DNA of 64,000 nt, taken from Phaeosaccion multiseriatum (Eukaryota > Protista > Ochrophyta, other classes). Below, piece by piece: positions 34,301 to 43,051 of this stretch. The notes under the pieces are model-generated. The model did no database searches and was not told where the DNA came from. It saw nothing but the letters and a program-made list of their open reading frames with translations. The stretch covers positions 744,001 to 808,000 of the forward strand of contig OZ218965.1 in the NCBI GenBank assembly GCA_965112735.1, given 5' to 3'. Every line of letters starts with the position of its first letter. Position 1 is the stretch's first letter. Both the position numbers and the translations under genes were made by a program.

Positions 34301-37300
34301 TGGAATGCTCCCTGCGGATGGGACGAACGTTGTTTGGTCACAATCGTATCAAGTCAAAGGGACGCGAACGGGTGTGCTAACCACTCACCAGTGAGCTTAT
34401 TGTTGTTGAGGCAAAGTCCCTCAAGGTTCTCAAGATCTCCAAGCCAGGGTGGAATGCTCCCTGCGGATGGGAGGAAAGTTCTTTGGTCATACTTCCATCA
34501 AGTGAAAGGGACGCAAACGGTTCGCGTACCACTACCTTCCAGATTGTTCTCGTGGAGCCGCAGTTCTTGAAGGTTTGAAAGCTCTCTAAGTCGCGGAGGA
34601 ATACCCCCTGAGATGGGAAGAAAGCTCTTAGATCATACAAAAATCAAGTGAAAGGGACGCGAACGGGTACGCGTACCACGTACCGCTGAGCTGGTTGGTC
34701 CACAGTTTGAGCACCGTCAGGTTCTGCAGGCGCCCAAGCTCTGGTGGAATGATCCCTGCGGATGGGAGGAGAGTTCTTTGGTCACACTGATATCAAATCA
34801 AAGGGACACGAACGGTTTCACGTACCACTCACCAGTGAGCTTGTTGTTTTTGAGGTCCAGTCTCTCAAGGTTCTTAAGACCTCCAAGCTCTCTAGGAATG
34901 CTCCCTGCGGATGGGTGGAAAGTTCTTTGGTCACACTGATATCAAATCAAAGGGACACGAACGGTTTCACGTACCACTCACCAGTGAGCTTGTTGTTTTT
35001 GAGGTCCAGTCTCTCAAGGTTCTTAAGACCTCCAAGCTCTCTAGGAATGCTCCCTGCGGATGGGTGGAAAGTTCTTTGGTCACACTGATATCAAATCAAA
35101 GGGACACGAACGGTTTCACGTACCACTCACCAGTGAGCTTGTTGTTGTCGAGGTAAAGTCTCTCAAGGTTCCGAAGACCTCCAAGCTCTGGTGGAATCCT
35201 CCCTGCGGGTGGGAGGAGAGTTCTTTGGTCACACTGTGTAAGAAGGCATCCTTTTGCTAGGCTGGCAGCTATCCACTGAATACTCACGGGGGTAGCTGCC
35301 AGCCAAGCAAAAGGATGCCTTCTTACAACTGATATCAAGTCAAGGGGACGCGAACGCGTACGCGTACCACTCACCGGTGAGCTTGTTGTTGTCGAGGGCC
35401 AGTTTCTCAAGGTTCTGCAGACGCCCAAGCTCGGGTGGAATACTCCCTGCGGATGGAGGGTTCTTTGGTCACACTCATATCAAGTCAAGCGGACGCGAGA
35501 AAAGTTGGGCCACACTAATATCAAATCAAAGGGACACGAACGGTTTCACGTACCACTCACCAGTGAGCTTGTTGTCGTTGAGGTCCAGTCTCTCAAGGTT
35601 CTTAAGACCTCCAAGCTCTCTAGGAATGCTCCCTGTGGATGGGAGGAAAGTTCTTTGGTCATACTCATACCAAGTGAAAGGGACGCGAACAGGACCACTT
35701 ACCGCTGAGCTTACAACCATAACCACGGCCGAATCGCAAGGAGGACAATCCAACTGCACGTCCCACCATCTTTCTCACTGCGGAGCGGAGGAAAGTGCTT
35801 CGGTCACACTAATATTGAGTAAAGTGGACGCGAACGCGTACGCGTACCACTTACCCCTGAGCTCCTCGGACACCAGCTTGAGCACCGTCAGGTTCTCAAG
35901 ACTTCCAAGTTCGGGTGGAATGCTCCCTGCGGATGGGAGGAGAGTTCTGTGGTGATTAGGTGGCCCCAGGGAGTTAAACCATTATAAGCCCGTCCCTGGG
36001 GCCACATAATCACCACAGTTCTCTGGTCACACTAGTATCAAGTCAAGGGGACGCGAAAGGGTTCGCGTACCACCTACCTTTTAGATTGTTCCCGTTGACC
36101 CGAAGTTCTCGAAGGTTCCAAAGCTGTCCAAGTTGCGGCGGAATAGTCCCTGAGATGGGGGGAAAGCTCTTCAGCCCAACCAATATCAAGTCAAGGGGAC
36201 GCGAACGGGTACGCGTACCACTTACTTGTACCCTTGACCTGGGAGGGGTATGGTGGACCTCCGACGATGCGTACGGAAAAGGAGAGGCTCAGATACTCAA
36301 GCGTCTCCAGACTCCCAAGCTCCCTTGGAATGCTCCCTTCGGATAGAGGCGTAATGTTTGCAGTTTTGGGAGTTTCTCCAGGTCTCTTGCTACGTCAAGC
36401 GATATCTCTGGAAACGGGCAAGCAAGAAGGGAGACGATTTTGGCTCTTGTCAGTATTTCAAGTCAAAGGGACGCGAACGTTACAATGGGGCGAGGAAAGT
36501 TCTTTGGTCACGCTGAGCTCCAGGTCAAAGGATGTGAGCGGGTTCGCGTACCACGTACCAGTGAACTCGTTGAAGGCGAGGCTCAAATGCTCAAGCTTCT
36601 CCAGACTTCCAAGCTCCCTTGGAATGCTTCCTGCGGAGTGGAGGGAAGTTCTTTGTCTTACGACTATCAAACAAAGGGACGCGAACGGGTACGCGTACAC
36701 CTACCTTCTAGAGAGTTCCAATCCAGTTTAAGTTCTCGAAGCTCTGCTAGCTTCCCCAACTCCTTGGGAATGTTCCCTGTGGAGCAAGGAGAGTTCTCTG
36801 GTCACACTCATACCAAGTCAAAGGGACGCGAACGGGTGTGCGTACCACTTACCAGTGAGCCTGTTTTTATGGAGGCTCAAAAACTTCAGCTTCTCCAGAC
36901 TTCCAAGCTCGGGTGGAATGCTCCCTGCGGATGGGAGGAAAGTTCTTCAGCCATACTAATATCAAGTCAAAGGGACGCGAACGGGTATAGTTGAGATAAG
37001 TTTTTGAAGGTTCGAAAGCTGTCCAAGTTGCGGCGGAATAATCCCTGGGGTGGGGGGAAAGTTCTTCAGCCATACAAATATCAAGTCAAAGGGACGCGAA
37101 CGGGTGTGCGTACCACTTACCTTCTAGATTGTTGTTGATGAGCGTAAGTTCTCGAAGGTTTGACAGCTGTCCAAGTTGCGGCGGAATGTTCCCTGCGGAT
37201 GGAGGGAAAGTTCTTCAGCCCTACTAATATCAAGTCAAGAGGACGCGAAGAACGGGTTGCTCGACTACCACGTCATGCCGCTTCATCACATTTTTTTTGC

Positions 37301-37619
37301 CCCGCTTTGCTTCGTCCTTCCCGAATATTCTAGACCCATCACATTGTTGGATGAACAGAGAGAGAGAACTTTTCGAAAATTCTGGAAGGGCTCTTCCGAA
37401 CCAAGGCGGAACAACCATAATCACGTCTCTCTCACCTCTGAGTTTCTTCAAGACCAGGTGGAGCTTCACAACATGGCCATTCTCTACGGTCACTCCGACC
37501 CAGGACTCCAAAGATGCGTCAGTCCATCCTTCTTCCTTCTTACGCAAAGCGCGTCCCCTCATGGCGTCAAAGACGGCCGTGAGTATGCTACGCTGCTGAT
37601 CTTGGGGGACGCTAGACAT
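31372..37619 (-). CDS. LRR-ROC-COR-TIR (ROCO family) immune-receptor-like protein, copy 1
   Basis: N-cap exon 37619-37436. Sixteen intact 72-nt LRR exons start at 37192, 36924, 36776, 36630, 36149, 35926, 35632, 35446, 35202, 35053, 34904, 34755, 34607, 34460, 34311 and 34161. Atypical in-frame exons lie at 36336-36226 and 35777-35703. Terminal exon 33956-31372 has ROC GRHKAGKTT/STIG/WDFAGQRDYY/GSHAD, a COR-like region and TIR FDVFLSHAGPDK...SPQFLCREWCLKE. Confidence 0.93.
35237..35327. mobile_element. 91-bp miniature inverted-repeat element, TGT...ACA ends, 4-bp TSD ACTG
   Basis: Left arm TGTAAGAAGGCATCCTTTTGCTAGGCTGGCAGCTA matches the reverse complement of the right arm, TGTAAGAAGGCATCCTTTTGCTTGGCTGGCAGCTA. 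ACTG is duplicated at 35233-35236 and 35328-35331. Sister introns show the empty site. Confidence 0.92.
35948..36017. mobile_element. 70-bp miniature inverted-repeat element, TGT...ACA ends, 4-bp TSD GTTC
   Basis: TGTGGTGATTAGGTGGCCCCAGGGA and TCCCTGGGGCCACATAATCACCACA form 25-bp arms with 1 mismatch. GTTC is duplicated at 35944-35947 and 36018-36021. Sister introns show the empty site. Confidence 0.9.
36337..36558 (-). pseudogene. Stub of a ROC-COR-TIR terminal exon and its specific upstream intron embedded in the LRR array
   Basis: Copy of the terminal intron (GAGCTCAGCGTGACCAAAG...CTTCTTGCTTGCCCGTTTCCAG) followed by EISLDVARDLEKLPKLQTLRLY. Compare EISLDAARGLQKLSKLQTLQVHL in gene 2. It is then fused to an LRR cassette. 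Confidence 0.85.
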
Positions 37620-37705
37620 CGTAACCTTCGTAACACGCAAACACTGGTAATAGCTCGCCCTGTCCTCCTACTAGGCGTAGTGCACACAAAGTGAACGCTT
37701 TGAAT

Positions 37706-38060
37706 CCATAAAGTTCACAAATGGATCACGGCACTGAAATTTATCCAACGCGTTGTTGCCTTGAAGAAGAGACGCTACCAGAAGACCCTCACGTACAAGG
37801 CCTATGTGTGAATCGCAAGGAATGATGGAGCGTTTTTCTGACTCAAGCAACGCGCCGTGGGAAAGAGAACACAAGAAAATCCCAACGAAGAACGTCTTCG
37901 CGATGCCACTGCTGTGGTGGATGGTCAAAGGAGAAACGCGAAAGATGCAAGCAATATACCGGTGTGGATCGAAAGGATAGCAGCGGATCGTATGATGACG
38001 ACAACTGTGTTTCTTTCTGCACAACTTTCTACACTCTCTGGCATCAGGCATCAGGCACAC
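37706..38060 (+). mobile_element. Degenerate DDE integrase remnant, Ginger2/KRBA2-like (tentative)
   Basis: Across frameshifts and stops it reads P*SSQMDHGTE(F)SNALL...RTRPMCESQGMMERF (cf. QSDNGxEF...PQSQGxVER), then VVDGQRRNAKDASNIPVWI and LSTLSGI. Confidence 0.45.
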
Positions 38061-38214
38061 TTCATCGCACATGTCCGTCGTGTGAGCAAGTACACATGCG
38101 AGGGAGTATAATTTGTTCCAGGTGCCCTGCCATTGCCCAGCTTTGCAGACGGCAGCGGACATTCTGCCTCAGCTGGCAGACATCCACAACCGATGGCGAC
38201 CGGGAGAGGTACCG

Positions 38215-38433
38215 GAGTTTCGGCGTGGTGAAGGGGATGGACATGGGGTGTGGGTGCACAGTTACCGCCAGCATACTGGACGCAAGAGCAAGCTTGATCC
38301 TGTGCGATGGTTTGGTCCGTGTCGTGTTGTTCAGCGTTTGAGGGAAGGGGGAGCCTCTTACTATTGCAAGCGACTGGCTTCGGATCCTCCAAAGGTGGGC
38401 TGGGTGCATGGGAACCGTCTTCGGCTGTACACG
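38215..38433 (+). mobile_element. Integrase C-terminal GPY/F module remnant (Ty3/gypsy or Ginger type)
   Basis: EFRRGEGDGHGVWVHSYRQHTGRKSKLDPVRWFGPCRVVQRLREGGASYYCKRLASDPPKVGWVHGNRLRLY fits FxxGDxVWV...KLxPRWxGPY/FxV...Y.L...VHxxRLKxY. Confidence 0.75.
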
Positions 38434-39564
38434 GGTGACGAGGAGGAGATCCCGGCTGCTCGCTCCTCCTGTTCGTCCACGGCCTCCTGTTCCGAGGCTT
38501 CCAGACGATCGTAGAGGACTTGCGCAGCGACGTGAGGTGCGAGAGGCGGGAAGAAGAGGTGCTGTGAGGCATTACGCTGCGGCTCAGGGGCGAGAGCGAC
38601 GGGTGGTTCGGAGGGGGCGCGTTGGTGATCCACAGCAGGAGCGGGAGGAGGACCCAGCGGTTGTTGGTCAAGGAGTGCCTCTTCCTCACACGCTGCCCTA
38701 CGCTTCACAGTTGACGAGGGAGCGTCTGTATCAACGAGGAGTGGTGGTGTTAGTGCGGGGCTCGGCGTGGGGGGAAGATTTGGGGCGGCCTCACGACAGC
38801 TCCCTCAGCCCCCTTAGCAGCAGCAACCACCGCCCAGTGGTGGTGGTGGAGGGGGTCTTGGACCGAACGGCTCGCTCACCCCTACGTCAGTAACCTTCTC
38901 CTCTGCTTCCAACTTCTCTGTACTGACAAGGGAGCCGGAGGAGGTGGTGATGGAGCCTGTGGTGGTGGGGGTGGAGGGAGAAGAAGGTTGGCGTGTTGCA
39001 TAGCTACCTTCGGAGGTGGCCCTTGGGTGAGGCGGCGGGGGGCGCGTGTTCGGCTCCGCTCTGCTGCTGCTGCTGCAGAAGGGGTGGGTGAGGCTCACCT
39101 CCGGCCGGCCCTGCGGGTGGGGGTGGAGACAGGGGAGCGCCTGCCCAGGGCCAGCAGAGCAGCAGCACAGCGGCAGCAGCAGCAGGATGATCGTAGCAGC
39201 GATCCTCTACAGCAAAATGGCCGCGCTCGGTGGAGAGAGAGGGATGAGGTGCGCCTCTTGCGAAGGGGGGGGGGGATGCTCTCGGTGCCCACCCACCCAC
39301 CCACCCCGGTGAGAGGGAGCTCTGGCGTGGGGTTGAGAAGGGCTCAGACGAGGGGCGAGGTCAGATAGAAACATGTGCGGCCCGCGCCCGCTTTCTCTCT
39401 TTCCTCTTGCGGAACGGACTGTGGCGAGAGGCAATAGGGCGAACACCACCAGCGCTGAGCAGATGGTAGCAGATGTCGCCGTGTGAGCCCGCACCGCCTT
39501 GACAATGGGGGGGGGACTTGACCTGAACGCAGCAGCAGCGGAGGGCATCGCAGAAGTGAAGGCA

Positions 39565-39609
<45 letters not shown>

Positions 39610-42568
39610 CGGTAGAACTAGGACGTCCCGAAGCGCCACGCACGCAGGAGGCCTAGGAGGCCGCAAGGGGCCTCCTATCAACACGGCCGTCAGCAGCCTT
39701 CATCGCAGCCATCTTCGGAGTCAAGCTCGCCTACGACGACGTGGTGAGTGGGGGAGGGAACGATGGAGGGCGGGCGGGCGGGAGGGAGGGTGGGAGGGAG
39801 GGAGGGAGAAAGAGAGCGCGTCCGTGAGTGGGTGAGTAAGCCAAACTGTACTGTAGGCGAAACTGTCATGCAACACCGAAGGGGCATCAACAGAGACCAA
39901 AACCCTTCCGTCTTGTCCGTGCTATTCAGTCCGATCGTCCGAGCGCTCTCTCTAGACTGTCGCACACCCGATGTCATGTTTTGAGTCCCTTCCTCCCTCC
40001 CCTTCCCCTCCAACTTGCTGCACTTCGAATCCGCTCAGCGTAAGCGGTACCGCGAGTCGGGGGCGGCTCTCATGCTGACTATGGCAATGAACGCCTTTAT
40101 CCCTCACGCTGCCGTCAGCTTTAAGGCTACTCAAAACTTAGAGGGTGAGTCGAGGAGGGAGGGAGGGAGGGAGGGAGGGTGTGGGCGGGTGCGTGCGTGC
40201 GTGCGTGCGTGAGTGCCCCGCTCCACGCAGATCTGAGTGCAGAAGGGGAAAAACACGCCGGTTGCACTATGAAGCGGCGGCAGTAGGGCGGAGGGGTAGG
40301 GGGGGGCTTTCATCGGCAAACCGAAGGGTGCAGAGAAGAAACCTTCCGCCCTGCTGCCTCCCGTCCCACCGAGAGGCTGTGACGATCTCCCTCTGCACCT
40401 GCCCGGCTCCCCCCTCGCCGGGCCCTGAGTTGTGTCCCCCGTCGGCAGCGGTCAGAAGGATGAGAGGGCGGGCCCGAATCAAGTCATGGATGGCGACGAC
40501 GTAGCATAATTTCCGACGTGAAACTAGAAACTGACGGGCCTCTCTCTGCCCTCCTTTGTTTGGAGGTGCACTGCGTGCTTTGTCGATTGTCTCGCAGAGA
40601 ATGGTTCGCTCTACGTAACGGCATGTCGACCCACCTCTTCCCCCACCCCCCACCCCCTCTCCACCCTCCACCTCCCCCACCCCCCCCCATACCCTTTTCT
40701 ACTGACCTGACCCAATCCTGACCTGGCCTGCACTGGACTGGTCCGTCCGTCCCTCCCCTCGCCTCCGCATCTCACCCCTCTTGTCGCTCACTGCCACCGC
40801 CACTGCCACCTCCCCCGACACCACACTGGCAGGCTCGGCACGGTGTTCACTGTGTGCCTCATGTGCAGCCCGTGCATGCCCGTGTTGGTGCTGCCGTTTG
40901 CTGCCATCGCCTTCTTGGATGGAGAGAAGTTCGTGTGCCTTCACATGTACCGCATCCTGCCGCAGTGCCCGAGTGATGTGATCCTGGGCCTGCTCAACAG
41001 CATGCCCTCGTGTACATTTTCGAAGCTTGTGAGGAGGAGCACCCAGGTCAGTCTGAAACACGGAACGTCACGTGACGCATACACACACCCTCCTGGTGCT
41101 GGCTGCTGGGCTACATGCTCTACATGTGTTGTGGACACCCGTCACCGCGGTGCATGAGGGCTGCTCTTTTGCTTCTTCATCTCTTCATCTCTGTGTTTCC
41201 TGCATCCCTCTATCAATAGTTCTCTTTTCTCTCACTCTGCGTGGCTGTGTTTGTATCTCCATCTGTTCCCCTCTCTCTGTCCCCCGCCCTTCCCGTCTCC
41301 TCTCACTTACCCCCTCTCTCTCCTCCTCTCCCCTCCTCCTCCCTCCTCCTGCTGCTGCTGCTGCTGCTGCTGATGTTGCGTTCCCTTGGCTGGCACTTCT
41401 CTCTGGCCTCTTCCCCCCTCCCCCTCTGCTCGCTGCCCTCTCCTCCCTCTCTCTCTTTGACTCTGTGCTCGTGCGCGTTCTCTCTCTCTCTCTCTCTCTG
41501 TCCCGCTTCTTGCAGGAGGCCGCAAGCCATCGAGGCGGCGCTCTTCACTGGGCCGCGGACAGCCACGCCACAATGTCAGCTCGCAAGTACGTCAGAGAAG
41601 GAAGAGGAAACAGACCCTTTTTCTGTTTGCTTTCGCTGCAGGAGGGACTCACTCACTCACTGGCTGTGGCGTGCAGAGGGTCGCACTCCTCCTGTCCGTG
41701 CGCTCTTGCCTTGCCCTGTGCCCGCTAGTCGTGAATCAGTGTGACGTCTTTGTGGATCGATGACCTCACCTCCCCGCTGTGCCTACCCGACACCAGGCAA
41801 GCCCCCCAGCAGCACCGAGGGGGAAGGTGGTACGTGCACGAGCGAGATCATCCCGAGCTTGGCCGGCAGTGCAGATGCCCATACACCTCTCCCCAAAGAG
41901 AGCGCTGGGCTGGCTGGGCGGAGTGAGGGTGTATCAGGGTGGTACTGGGAGGATGCGGCGCTTGACTCCTTTTGAAAGAGGGCTATAATACTTTCTCCTC
42001 GTCCTGGTGCTGCTCGTGTCCTTGTGGACCATGTATGCTCCGTTGTTCGAAGCCCCCGCTCATGAGCACAGAATCAGGCTGTAAGTAGAAAGCAGAGGAA
42101 GAGGAGGTTGCAGAGTTGGCGTTGGGCGTGGCGGGGGCCGTGTTGAGCGGATCTTCTCTCTTGCGCACTCTCGTCAAGGACAAGACAGGACAAGACAAGA
42201 TGGGTGGAGCTCGAGGAGAAAACTTTGAATTTGATTTATTTTTATTTGCCCAACCTATGTACAATGTAACAAAACAATTGTTTGAGTTACCTATATGCCT
42301 CCAAAGGGGCAAAATGCTGCTCGCTCAGCGCTCTAACCATATGCTTCTATGTAGGCGGTTATTCATCTCGGACGGCTCTCCACCGCCTTTTCCTATAGGA
42401 CACCGGCTCCCTCGTACCTCCTCCAGCATGCTGGGCGCCCCCTTCGTGAGGGGAATTCCGCTTGAAGATGACTTTTCACCTGCTGCACCTCCCTCCGGGC
42501 TTGCATGTACTGCCCACATGGCTGACCACAAGTCAGTCTCAAGGCACAGCTGAAGCAGAGCAGCAGCA

Positions 42569-42792
42569 GCCCTCACCACTAGAGTAAGGCCCAAGGACAG
42601 ACGCTCTCCCGCATTGGTATTGACCTATGAGGCGATGTCTTCTCCCACGGAGAGCTCTACGTCGCCCTCTCCCGAGCCAAAGGCCACGACCACGTCGTCG
42701 TCCATGTCCAGCCCTCGCGCCTCTTGGACGGCGTCGCCCACACTGCCAATATTACATACCCTGCCTTTATTAACGCTGCTTTATCCTCATAG
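42569..42792 (+). mobile_element. Helitron RepHel C-terminal remnant, copy 2
   Basis: [31 protein letters not shown]...HTANITYPAFI; internal stop. Confidence 0.85.
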
Positions 42793-43051
42793 AACTCTCC
42801 CTGCCTCCTCTGCCCTCCCTCCTTCATCCCCTCCACATCCTGCACTCGCCATTTGTGACTCCCTCCTAATATGCTTCTCCTTCCTCGCCTGCCCTGTTAC
42901 GATATAAGGCATCCCACTATGCCTTCAGTAATATCCGAACGTGTCCCTTTCATCTTTTTCTCCTCCACTCCATCTTCTTCTCCCAGTTCTTGCGAAGCCC
43001 ATTCCTCTTCCCTCCTCCTCCTCCTCCTCCTCCTTCCCCCTTGTTCCTTGT

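Larger units (their letters stand above)
34090..37260 (-). repeat. Array of ~149-bp LRR exon + conserved intron cassettes (gene 1)
   Basis: Intron consensus (sense) is approximately GTAAGTGGTACGCGTACCCGTTCGCGTCCCTTTGACTTGATATTAGTGTGACCAAAGAACTTTCCTCCCATCCGCAG (77 nt), repeated between 72-nt exons. Confidence 0.95.
28254..37621. repeat. Segmental duplication copy 1 (paralogous to 39678-47065)
   Basis: Collinear high similarity from TCAACACGGCCGT (28254/39678) through gene debris, the Helitron remnant, the ROC-COR-TIR exon and the LRR N-cap exon. Confidence 0.93.

Noticed and set aside
34090-37260. CRISPR array (regular repeat-spacer pattern)
   Set aside because: The repeats are GT-AG introns of ~77 nt and the spacers are mutually homologous LRR exons. 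There are no cas genes and the context is eukaryotic.
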